A stretch of 64,000 nt of DNA from Cyanophora paradoxa CCMP329 (lineage: Eukaryota > Plantae > Glaucophyta): contig QPMI01000516.1 in NCBI GenBank assembly GCA_004431415.1, positions 186,001 to 250,000 on the forward strand, read 5' to 3'. Below the pieces are notes generated by a model, which saw only the letters and a program-made list of their open reading frames with translations, had not been told where the DNA came from and made no database searches. Within the stretch, counting starts at the first letter, position 1. The number at the start of each line of letters is the position of its first letter. The position numbers and the translations under genes are program-made. Positions 24,301-35,764 of this stretch are shown here, piece after piece.

Positions 24301-27300
24301 TGGCGGGCTCGCACGTTGCCGGTGAGGACGTCTGCGCGCATAAAATCCGCGCGGCACGCGCCCAGGTCCGCCTCGGGGATGGCGACGACCTCGCCCGAGC
24401 CCGAGCCGTCCTCGCAGCGCTCCGCCGCGAACCCGTCCGTGTCGGGGGCGCGCGGCTCGCAGGCGAGCACCCGCCGGTACGTCCGGCACGCGTGCACGAC
24501 CCTGAAGCCCCCAACCTTTTTGCTGGGCGGGGTACCCGCCACCCATTCGTCCAGGCCGCAGCTGAAGTCCCTGCGAGCCGCGACCGGTGTCCGTCAGCGG
24601 TGCTTCGAGATCGATCGGGCTGCATTTCTTCGAATTCGAATCGGCGCACATGGGACCGAAAGCGTTGCCGGGGCGGCAGAACCGGTCTCCGTTCGGCATA
24701 GAGCACACGCCTGCGCAGAGTGAGCGGAGGCGGCGACTGCGCAGTGCAGCGTCGCCGGTGCCGCACCGCAGCCCTTCGTTTGCAGGCACAGGCTGGCGGG
24801 AAGCGCAAGCCAAGTCAGCCCGCGGGCGCCAAAGATATCTAGATAGGGCCGAGGAGGGGGCGCACTCGTACTCCGCGGCGCGGAGCGGGAGGGTCGGATC
24901 CTCGGCGTACGAGGTCGGGCACTGGGCGCCCAAGTGCAAGCCGAGCTGCGCCTGCGCCTCGCTCGCTGGCTTGAAGGCCGGGAGTGCCGCCAGGCGCCTC
25001 CGCGCTAGGCCCTGCTGCAGCGCGGCGGGGGGTACGCAGGCCACGTTCGGGTCCGCGGCCGTCCGGCTGCGTTCGTTCGCGGAGGCGGCTCAGATCGGAT
25101 CGGATCGGATCGGATCGAATCCGAGGAGGCGCACTTCTTGGGGGCGCAGAAGCCCCAGCGGGGGAAGGCCTGGCCCCTCGCGGGGTCCCTGATCGCCTCC
25201 AGCAGCGGCGAGTCGTAGACGCAGGCCGTGCACGCCGGGTTCAGGGCGCAGGCTCGGGAGGCGTTGCTCGCGGCCGCCTCGCGCGCGGCCGCGTCGGCCC
25301 CCGCCGGCAGCGGCGCCGCGTCGATGTTCAGCAGGGCGCAGTCGAAGCCGCGCGCGACGTCGCCCTGGACAAGGAGGCGGGCCACCGACGTCACGGGCGC
25401 GGGCCCCGCCGCTGCCGCCCAACCGTCAATCGGAAAGGCGAATAACCGAATCTGTTCATCAAAGCTCCTACGTTGATGTATTAAGCTAGGGAGCTTAAGC
25501 GTCTAGATCGATAAATAATATATCCAATTTCAAGCTCGAGGCGCGGCGCACAGGAGCGGAACTCGAGTTCGAGGTGATTCTATTAGGCGCTCCTAAAGGT
25601 GATTCTATATAATAAGGCGCTCCCATATATAATAAGGCGCTCCCATATATAATAAGGCGCACAGGAGCGGAACTCGAGGTCGAAGGCGTAGCGCCCGGCG
25701 AAGGTCGCCGGGTTCGGGCAGGGGACGGGCACGCGCAGCTGCGAGCAGCCCCTCGTGAAGTCGATCGACGCTGCGAAGAAGAGGAAGACGAGTCAGCGGG
25801 GGTCTTTACTACAATAAGGAAGTTAAAGATAGAAGCCCTAAAGAAAGACTGGAAGAACTAGATAGAATCTCAGCTTGGAGGCCTGGATTAATGGCGCGCG
25901 CGCACCGGCCGGCCCGTGGGCGGTGACGTTGAAGACGAGGCCGGTGGGGTTGTTGGCCGCCGGCACGAGCCGCCACGCCGTCGGGCCGTCCAGGCGCGTC
26001 CCGTTCAGCGGCGCCAGGTCCACGCGCACGCTGAAGTTGCCCCTCCGATCCACGAAGGACCTTGAAGAGAAGAAGAAGCACGAGCTCAGCATACCATAGC
26101 ATAGCTTTTTTTTATTTAAGATATAGCCTTTTAAAGCATAGCTTTTTAAACATATATATAATAAGAACGATAAGCGTGGGCTGGATCGATGCAACAGGAA
26201 ACTTCCAATCAATTCATTAGCTAAGCTTAGTTTAGTTTAGGTTAGCTCAGCTTGGAGTCGATTGGCTTGAATCAAATCAAATCAGAGGGGCGCACTTGAG
26301 AGCGACGACGAACTCCGGGGCGCTCTTGCCTTGGGCGCGGCGGTAGTCGGCGGCCCAGGTCGAAGGGAGCCCGTTCTGCAGGCGGGCGTCAAGTTGCGGG
26401 GGCCAGCTTCGCTAGGCTAAGGCTTTCGCAATGAGAACATTACATAAGCATTAATATTGGAGCGGAGGATCCGGAAGGAAGGATCCGGAAGGAAGGGAGC
26501 GAGGGAACTAGCTAGCTAGGGGACGCGAGGCGACCTCCCGTCCAAGAATTAGAAGCGGCGGCGCTCCGGCCCCCGTTCTCTCGCTTAAGCGTACGCCTCA
26601 GTGCGCGCACCTGCAGGCGGGCGTCGAGATCGCCGCGGAAGGCCTGAGTGGGCACCACGAAGACCGCGACCGGCGCCGCGCCACGGCCGCCCGCGCCGCC
26701 CTCCGTCGCCGTCCTGTTCTCGGCCGACGCCTGCTCTGTTGTTGTGAGAACAGGGGGGGGGAGAGGGGGGGGGTACGCTGGGCGGACCGCGAGGAGGTCG
26801 ATGGGGTCGCGGAGGAGGGGTACGGGGCCGTTCGGGATCGCGAAGGAAGGGCTGGCCGGGTCCAAGAGAGCCGCCCCCCGCTGCTGGAGCTGCTGGTTCG
26901 GGTCGTTCGGGTCCGCCGGCTTCGGGGTGGGCGTGGGCCGGCCCGTGTCGGGCGGGTTGACGTTCTCTCCGGGCAGGGCCGGCACGGGGGGCGGCGGGGC
27001 GACGCTGGCCGCCTCCGCTCCGATCTTGAAGATCCCGTGCGATGCCTCCGCGCGCTTCGAAAGCCGTCCGCGTCAGCTTGCTTTCGGGGGTACCGGCCGC
27101 TAGGGAAAGATGGCGTACCCGGGGCATGCTGGCGAGCACGCAGACGGCTCCCTGGAGGGCGCCGGCGCTGAGGACCTGTACCCCCACGAAGGTGTTCGCG
27201 TACGTCATGTTCGGGCTGCGAACGAAAGGATGAGGCCGGGGGGGGGGGGGGGGGCAAGGTCGCTCAGGCGAGCCGGCTCACTTGAGCGGGGTGTAGCCGA

Positions 27301-30300
27301 CGTGGCGGAGGGCGCGGCCGCCGGAGACGCGGGGGCCGGCCCGCTGGAAGGTGCGGGCCATCTCCTCCAGATCCGCCCGCGTCGAGACGGCGACGGCCAG
27401 GTCGCCTGGGGCCGGCGCCGAACGTGTATTAATAGAGTTCGGCCGGCTACATCGCCGCAGCGCATTGGGCGGGCGCACCGCAGCGCTTGAGGGGCGCGGT
27501 GACGGAGCAGCCGAGGCGGTTCGAGGCGGCGTCGATCTTGGGCTCAGAGACGTCGAGGCCGGCGGCCAGCTTGAAGTGCAGCTTGTCCGCGGACTTGGCG
27601 ACGACCTGGAGGGCGGCTCAATATAAACGAGAGAGGAAAGAAGAAAGCAAGGGAGGGCGGGAGGGCGGGCCTTGTCGGGGCAGACGGCGAGGAGGGGCCG
27701 GGCGCCGTCGAACCCGTCCTCGGAGACGCGGCCCCGCTCGTCGATGTACCCCGGCTGCAGCTTGGTGCGCGCGCTCGAGCCGGCCACCAGCGCGCACTTG
27801 TACCTGAAAGGAAGACTTTCTTGAGCTCATGATTCTTAGATTAGGACTCTTTCGGCTTATAATTCTCTTCAGCAATATACGAAAATCCGGCGGGCAGCGC
27901 ACCGGAGGGTGCCGTTGCGGGCGGCGCAGGGGAAGGTGAACGTCGCGTAGCCGTCGTCGATCGCCTGCGTGTGCGTCCGAAGCTGCGCGCGCAAGCGAGA
28001 GGAAACGCGTCAGCCGCGGATCGGTCGGGGCGAGGGGGGAAGGGGGGGAAGGGGGGAGGGGGGGAAGAGGGGGGCGGGGCGGGCGGGGCGGGGCGCACGT
28101 CGATGGCCTGGACGGCGCCCGAGTCGAAGAAGTTGACGAGGAGGCTGGCGGGCGCCCCCGCCGGGGCGGCCTCAAAGGCGGCGAGGCGATCCTCGGCGAC
28201 GAGGCCGAGGAAGAGGCCGCCCGTCCCGAAGTCGCGCGTCTCCTGCTCGTCGTTTTTAGACTCGGTGCTTGTCGGATTCGAAAGGGCGTTCTTCTTATTC
28301 GAAACATTATATATATCTCATCAGTAGCGTTAGATTCTATCATAGTATAAGCGTTCTTGTTGTTGTTGTTATTATGAGAAGTTAAGGTTCTTGTTAGAGA
28401 GCTTGGGCTCGCTCGCCTTCGTGATGCCGGTGAAGGAGCACTTGACCGTCGCCTCAGAGTCGTCCGTCTGCGAACGAAGTTAAAAGGGGCGGAGCGGGGG
28501 GGGGGGGTGAAGAGGGGAGGGGGGTACCTCGAAGAGGTTGGAGGCGGCGGTGAGGTCGGCCCCGCCGCCGACGACCGCCATCGTGACCGTGATGTTCTGC
28601 CCCGTACCCCCCGGTTAGCCCAGCGGCAGCTCGGCGTCTATAGATTAGATCTTAGCGGATCTGCGGCGCCTGGCGCAGCTGGCGCCCCGCACCCGCAGCT
28701 GGGGGTCGAGGGCGGTGCCGTTGTAGCAGCCGCGGGTCGGGTCCTGCACCTCCCCGCCGTCCGTCACCGCCGGGCCCGCGTTGTTCGCTGCGCGAAGGCA
28801 CAGGCATAGTTTGAAGGCAGAGGAGGCGCGGACGAGAAGGCGAAGGCAAAGGTTGATAGGGGAAGCCGAAGGCACCGCTTGGAAGCTTATGGTTAAGAAC
28901 GTCGCTCGCGGTTAAGCTTTTCTAGTTGGCATTCTAGTTGTTGAAGTCCTGCTCACCCTGGAAGGCGAGGCGGGTGTACGACTTGACGCTCGTGATCGAG
29001 GAGGAGTTGGCGAGGGGCGAGGCGGGGACGAAGAAGTCTGCCTCGGGCAGCCGCGCCCGCACCCGCTCCAGGTCCGCCGCCTCCAGCGAGATGCCCCTGC
29101 GCGGCCCGGCCCCCGCTTAGTTATATGATCCTAATATACATAGTGAATTAAGAGCTCTTAAGAGTTCTTAAGAGCGGGAGAGGAGCCGCACAGCTGGGCG
29201 CCGTAGTTCATGCCGGGGCGCTTGAGCTCGGCCCCGAAGCCCGACAGGTCGATGCGGAAAGGGGTGACCAGGAAGCGCCCCTCGCGGGCGAGGGGCCGGT
29301 CCGGCAGGAACTCGCTGTGTACTCCGATCGGGCCGTCCCGCTTCACTACGTAGTCGCCCTCCACCTGCGCCGAAACTTAGAGGAGGAGGGGGGGCGAGAG
29401 CGGGAGGGGGGTGGGGGTAGGGGGGGTACCGTGATGAAGAGCTTGTAGAGGGGGCAGAGCTTGACGATGTACCCCTCGGCGAGGCGGTTCTGCTCCGTGA
29501 GCTCCAGTCCCACGACGACGCCGATCGAGTCCTGCCAGTAGTTCACCGGCTCTGAAAGGACGCGGCTCAGCGAAGAGGGTGTGTGGGGGGGGGGGGGGGG
29601 GGAGGGGGGGAGGGGGGAGGGAATGGGAGAGGTGGGGGGGGGGGGGGGGGGGGGGGGGGGGCGGGGGGGCATCTGATTCGCAGGACAGGCAGGGGCCGGG
29701 GAAGGAAGGAGGGTGGCCCGGGGGGTGCGCGCGGGGAATGGGGGAAGGGGCGCAGGGAGGTGGGGGTACAGCGATTGGGAAAACTGGACGCACGCGGTTT
29801 GCCGTTCTCTGCGCAGGACGGAGGACGTCAGGGAAGAGAGGAGGGGGGGAAGATGGGGGGGGGGTACCGCACCGAACTCGAACTCGGTACCCGGGCGCCG
29901 GAAGGGCATCCGGTCCGAGTCGTGGAACGTGAACGAGATGCTGGCTTGGGTGCCCACGGGGGCCCCCTGCTCGAACACGGCCATCTTGTAGAAGGCTGCG
30001 CGCACGGCTTTATAATTAGTACGAAAGCAGCGCCGGCGCGCGGGCCGAAGCTTAAGCCAGTTGTATATTCGAGCGCCGAGGCATTAAGCGGCCTAATTAT
30101 AAAAACAAAAAGGGCCGGGTGCGAATTATATATATAAATTGCACTAGAATCTCATCGAGCGCCAATTGCAAGGCATTAAGCGGCTTAGGCAAGCAGGGCC
30201 GGGTGCGCGCGGCCGCGGGGCCGGAGCCGGTGACCGAGCGCACCGAAGGTGAAGGTGGGCAGGCACGATACGAGGGCGTTCGACAGCGTGCAGTTGCTGC

Positions 30301-31231
30301 GGAGAGCCGATCGGGGTGAGCGGGCGAGCGCGAGCGAGCGTCCAGTGCCTTTATCTTTAGCGGTTACAGATAAAATTCCATTAGCATGAATATCAGAAGT
30401 AACTTCAATTTGTGGAACCCCTCTAGGTGCGCGCTGGCCGGGCGCCGGGCGGGGGCCGCGGCCGGGCGGGGCCGGGCGGGGCCGGGCCGGGCCGGGACGG
30501 GCCGGGGGGTATCGCACAATTGGGCCGTGTCGAAGACACACTTCGTGGCGTTCGTGCTGCGGGCCAGCTTGGAGGCGTTCAGGGCCTGCGAACGAAGCGA
30601 GCGAGCGAGCGAGGCGAGGCGAGTTAACACGGCGAGCCCGGCCCGCGGCGGATCGGAGGGCGGCGCGGCCGGGGGCGAGCTAGCTCCAGCTAGGGGGGGG
30701 GGGGGGGGGCGCACCAGGACGGCCTCGCCGTTGGCGGCGTTCCCGCACCGCTCTGTGTTGGCGCAGATGAAGACGATCTGCGGGCGGGCGGCGCGGGTGG
30801 ACGGATCAAATCCTGAGGCCGGCGCGGGATGGGACGGGACGGGGTGGGGCGGGGCGGCGGGCGGCGGGCGGACCGTCGTGGTCTCGGTGATGAAAGAAGC
30901 CGACGAGGCGGAGATCGTGAAGTGGACGTCGTCGCGAAGCCTGCGCGAAGGGAACTCAGCAACGGCTCAGGATCATGATCAACGGCTCGGATCCGGAGGC
31001 ATCGCGGGCGGCCGCGGCCGGGACCCGGACGTCGACGCACGTGTCGTGGACGAATTCGGTCCACGGGCTCGCGAAGTCGGCCTTCGTCAGAGTGACGTTC
31101 CCGTCCCCAGCGGCGGCCGCGGCCGCGCCGAAGAACGCGGCGATGAGGAGGAGCGCGAGGCAGGCCGGGGCCGGGGCCCGGGCCCGGGCAGGCGCCCGCG
31201 GGCGCCCTTTCGCTCCGGTGGCCATCGTCAT
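18359..31231 (-). CDS. Very large multi-exon gene (roughly 35-40 exons) for a secreted Cys-containing surface protein with a C-terminal GPI-anchor-like/hydrophobic tail; could be two genes
   Basis: N-terminal hydrophobic signal ([19 protein letters not shown]); chain of GT/GC-AG-bounded exons with host codon usage; many NxS/T sequons; ends [30 protein letters not shown]. No family recognised. Confidence 0.6.
25606..25660. repeat. 20-bp intronic tandem repeat
   Basis: TATATAATAAGGCGCTCCCA ~3 copies. Confidence 0.85.
30341..30430 (-). other. dnaK: NUPT: 90-bp AT-rich fragment of plastid/cyanobacterial-type dnaK inside an intron
   Basis: Translates [30 protein letters not shown] (Hsp70 substrate-binding motif) with A/T-ending codons, in a GC-rich intron. 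Confidence 0.85.
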
Positions 31232-32059
31232 GCCTTGGAAGCCGGCCGCGGCGCGAGCGGCGGGGGCGGGCCGGGGACGATTTCCGGGCGCGGCCCTTCG
31301 AGGCTCGGCCTGCGGATCAGATGCGATAACACCGGTCAGATGAGGACTCGTGCAAGTGCGGGCGCGACTTAGTGGAGCCATTTGACACGTGTACGTCGGG
31401 CCCTAGTAGTAGAAGTCATGCCCGCTGGCGCCTTGAGGCGCCATGCGTCGAAGCGCGCGCGGACGGCGTCTTAAGGCACGACCAAGCGTCCGCGGCGCGA
31501 GCGCGGTTGAAGCTAGGCTCGGGCGCTCTCTCGCGGGGGAGGCCGCCCTAGAACTCCGACTCGGGCACGAGCGCGCGGCTTCCACGCACCCGCAGCCGCA
31601 GGGACTGGGCGAAGCCGGCGTCGACTAGTACTGCGAGACGAGAGCGCGGCACTGGGCGCCAAGGTAGGGAGCTCTCAGACGACGCCCTGACCTCGCTCCT
31701 CGCTCCTGCTAGCTGGCAAAGCCTGCGGCACTGCAGGCTACAGCTGCCACCCGATGTTTGCCGTACCCGGGCCGTGAATCGTCTCATCCCCGAGACTCGA
31801 GAGTTCGGATGCAACGGTCCGCCGTTACGCGCCATTAACCATTGAAAGCTGCATGCACATGCATTTTCAAGCTCGCAACGCACAAACGCGCCGTGCGGGG
31901 TACGGCGGCTTCAATCGCTGCTGGGGTACTGCTGGCCATGGAGTCAACTAGTACTCGTACTGGACCCGGGACGATTGTGTTAGGCTTGCATGGCTAGCTT
32001 GGCTGTGATCTTCGGTCGATAGCGCAGCTCGCCAGCACCGAGCTCCCGCGGCCCCGGAC

Positions 32060-35000
32060 ATGAGCCTGGGCGCGTACGACGACGCGCGGTCAGGCGCCGG
32101 CAAGCTCGAGGCGCCGGCGGCGCCGCGGGCCCGCGCGTCGCTGGATGGGCTCTGGCGCTTCCACTTCCTCGCCGAGAGCGAGCGCAAGTCGGCCCCTGCA
32201 GCTGTGAACCTCCGTGAGGTGCGCCCCGCCGCGCCCCGCCGTCCTTCGTATACGTACACGTCGAACTAGTCTTCGCAACTGCGACTGTTCAATGGCTGAG
32301 CACAGCGCGCGCGCGCCCGCCCGGCCGCTCGCCCGCCCGCGCAGCTGCCGTTCGGAGGCGAGACGCGGGTCCCGGGGGCGTGGCAGCCCCGGCACGGGCT
32401 GCGCCCCAAGAAGGGCCAACGGAGCTCGACCTCGAGCTCGGAGCCGGGGCTGGAGCCGGTCCTCGGCGGGGCGGGCGTCTACCGGACTTCGGCGGCCGTG
32501 GAGGCGGCCTGGGCCGGCCGCCGCCTCCTCCTCACCCTGGGCGAGGCGCACGGCGGCGCCCGGGTCTGGGTGCGCCTCAGGCCTTAGCTTAGCTGAGCTC
32601 TCCTCTGTTCCGAGCCGCTGAACCGCTCCGCCGCGCGCTTGAACGAAGGCGTACGGACCTGGCCGGAGCGAGCCGGTGCACCGGCCCCTCGCCAAATCCT
32701 TCCCCCTCTCCGTCGACGTCACGCCCGTTGCTGTACCCGGTTCGTCCCGCCTGCCATCGCCCCCTGCACGCGTCCCCGGCTTCGCCCCTTCAGCTCACGC
32801 TTTGGCTTTGTCGGGGCCAGGCCAGCCACTGGAAATCGTTGTCGCTGTGGAGAACGCGAAGCAGGGTACAGACTTCTGGTGCGGCTTCTCCGGCCCCGTC
32901 GCCCTCGAGGCCGTACCCCCCCTCTGGATCGCCTCCCTCCAGGCCACGCCCTCCCCCTGTACGCCCCCCCCCCCCTCCCCCGACGTACCCCAACGCTGTA
33001 CATAATGATGTACCCGCAGATGGCGAGCAGGCGGAGGTGCGGGTGGAGGGGCGCGTGGAGGGGTACGACCCACCTTCCGGCTCGCTCTCCGTCCTTCTCG
33101 AGGTACCCCCCCCTGCCCCTTGCCCGGCCCCCTCGCTCGCCCCTCCGACTCGCCCCCCCAACCCCCACCCCGTACCACCCGCCCGATTCTGACCCGCCCC
33201 TCCTCCCAACCAGCTTCGGGACCCGGGGGGAGAACCCACGGCCTCCGCCTCCGCTCCCGTCGCCCCGGACGGCCGTTTCGGCCCCGTACCCCTCCGCCCC
33301 GCCCCGCCTCCCGCCCTCTGGCGACCGGGCGCGGGCCCCGCCGGCTGCCCCCTGTACTCCCTCTCCGCCTCCCTACCCCCCGTCCCCGGCTCCGGCCCCC
33401 TCCCCCCGGATTCCGTCGCCGTACCCCTCGGCTTCCCCGCCCACGCTTTGCCCGACCGGGGCGGGCCCCTCGCCGTCGATGGCGTACCCCGCTTCCTTCG
33501 CGCTTACCACGACGACCTCCTCCTCCCCGGGTGCCTTCCGCCCCCTCCCGGGTACGGCTTCTTCGGCGCCCGCCTCGCCGCCCTGGCCGCGCTGGGCTTC
33601 GACCTCGTCGCGCCCTCCTCGTACCCCTCCGGGCTCATTTCCCCCGCCCTGCTGGACGCCGCGGACCGTGCGGGCCTCCTCGTCTCCGCCGTGGCGCCCG
33701 ACCCGCCCCCCGCGGCCCGCCACCCCTGCCTCCTCCGCGGGAAGCTCGTCTCAGGCGATCTGAGCACGTCCTCCGTCCCCTGCCTCCCCGGCTCCCGTCG
33801 CCCCGCGCTCCCGCTCGCCCCCGTATCGCTCCGCTTCCCCCTCGCCGACCCGTCTTCTCTGTCCCCCGGCGAGGCCAAAGCAGCCGCCCTCTGCGCGGCC
33901 CGCGACCTCCACCAGGCGAAGGAGGCGATCGAGGCGGCGAGAGCGGCATCGGCTAAGGGCTGCGCCCCCGGCGCCGGCGCCCCCCGGGGGGTACTCTTCC
34001 GCGAGGCCGGCCGCGCCTGCGCCCGCGGGGCCGGCGGGGCCCTCCCGGATCGCCTTGAGGAGGCCTCCGCCGCCCTGGGACCCGCCCTCGCGCGCATCGC
34101 CGTCCTGCGCGACGCCAGCTGCTTCCCCGCCTCTCTCCGGCGAGGGGCGCCCGACGCCGGCGCCGGCGCCGCCGTGCCTCTCCTCCTGCACGCGGCGGAG
34201 CCCGTACCCCCGGAGGAGCTGGCGGGGGCCCGCCTCCTCTACGAGCTGAGGCTGGAGGGCGCGGACTCGGCTGCGGCCCTGTCCGAGGGCTCCTTCCCGG
34301 CCCCGGCCGCCCTCGACGGCGCCGTGGCCGTTGTCGTGGGCGACGTACCCCTCGCCGCCGCCCTCGCCGCGGGGCCGGCGGACCGGCCCGCCGTCCTCTC
34401 CCTTTCCGCCCGCCTCGTGGGCCACGGGGGAACGGTCCTCGCGGCGAACGAGTGGCGCGCCGCGGTGTACCCCTCCGCCCGTGACGTGATCGCGTCCCTC
34501 CCTCCTACGCCCCTGCGCCTGGCGGTGACGGGCGGGGGGCCCGAGGGCGAGACCGCCGCCTCGCTCCTCGGCGCCGCCCTAGGAGATCTAGGAGCGCCGC
34601 CCGCTGCAGCCTCAGGCTCGAGCTCGCCCCCGGCCCGCCTGCACGTGACGCCCGCGTTCGACGCGGAGGCGGCGGCCGCCGCGCGCGCCGGCGCCTGCGT
34701 CCTGCTGCTCGGCTCGCAGGGCGCCTACGACGCCCTGGGGCACCACGGCGCCGTCCGCGCCGGCGGGTCCCGCCTGAACCTCGTCCACGCGGCCTGCGAG
34801 GCCGACCCCGCCCACCCGCTCGCCCTGGGCCTCCCCTCCGGCCCGGGGCTCAACCCCCTCGCGGCCCTCGCGCGGCCCCGGGACGACTGGGGGTACTTCG
34901 TTTTTGTCTCCTCCCTGGACCTGGCGGCCCTCCCGGCCCACCCGCGGCCGGGTACGCGTACGGCGGCGGGCGAGCCGCCCGCTTACTACCCCGCGGCGGC

Positions 35001-35405
35001 GGTGGGGATCGTCCAGCGGACGGCGTCGCCACCGGAGGAACACAGGGGAACGCTCCTCTGCGAGCTGGGCCTGGTGGACTGCGATCTCGCGGATTTCGAG
35101 GAGGCCGAGGGCGTCGGCGGGCCCCTGCTCGGCACTCTCTTCGTGCGCCTCTGATTTCACGTGTCCGCCTTGCGCGCTCGAGCCGCCCTGACCGGAGCGC
35201 CCCCCCCCCCCCGCTTGAACAGGTCTGCACGCTGGAGCTGGGGCTGGGGCTAGGGGCGGCGTCGCGCCCGCCTCCCGAGGCGGAGTACCTTCTGGCGTGC
35301 GCGGCGCGGCGCGCGGCGGCGGCGCAGGGGCCGGGGGCGCCCGGGGCGAGCGCCGCTGCCCTCGCCATTCCCATCGCCGCTCTTGCCGTCCAGGGTGGAA
35401 CTTGA
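32060..35405 (+). CDS. Divergent glycoside hydrolase family 2-like protein (multi-exon), probably lacking catalytic motifs
   Basis: ASLDGLWRFHF; VPGAW; SVDVTP; EIVVAVEN..DFWCGFSGPVALEAVP; LAVDGVPRFLRAYHDD..ALGFDLV..LLDAADRAGLLV; C-terminal HPLA..LLCE..PEAEYLL as in bacterial GH2s; stop 35403-35405. Confidence 0.65.
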
Positions 35406-35764
35406 AAGTAGTCTGAGACTCGAGGGCCTGCTGGAGGCTGGACCGGAGGGCCGTATAGGCTGGACTCTGGTCCAGTCTCTGGAGGCTAGACTCCCGCCGC
35501 TTGAGGCTGTAGCCTGCTAAGCCTGTAGGCTGTAGCGCTCAGCGGCTGTTCGTAGCCAGAATTGGGCCGTCCGGCGGTCTGATCCGGATCCGCCGCGCAT
35601 GCGCAGCCGATCGATTGCCAAGTTGCGCATGCTCCACGTGCACGTGGCACGCGCACCGTTGCACGATTGTTTCATGTGAACGAAACATCGAGCGACTTAT
35701 ATACAATCAATGATTGGGTACAGTGGGTAGTCCCGTTTTCATATGTATAGCAGGCTATTAGCAG

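Noticed and set aside
30185-30541. Functional Hsp70 gene
   Set aside because: Only 30 codons match, with foreign AT-rich composition, inside an intron of another gene.
35718-35745. Tc1/mariner-like left end TACAGTGGG...
   Set aside because: No matching inverted copy found in the window.
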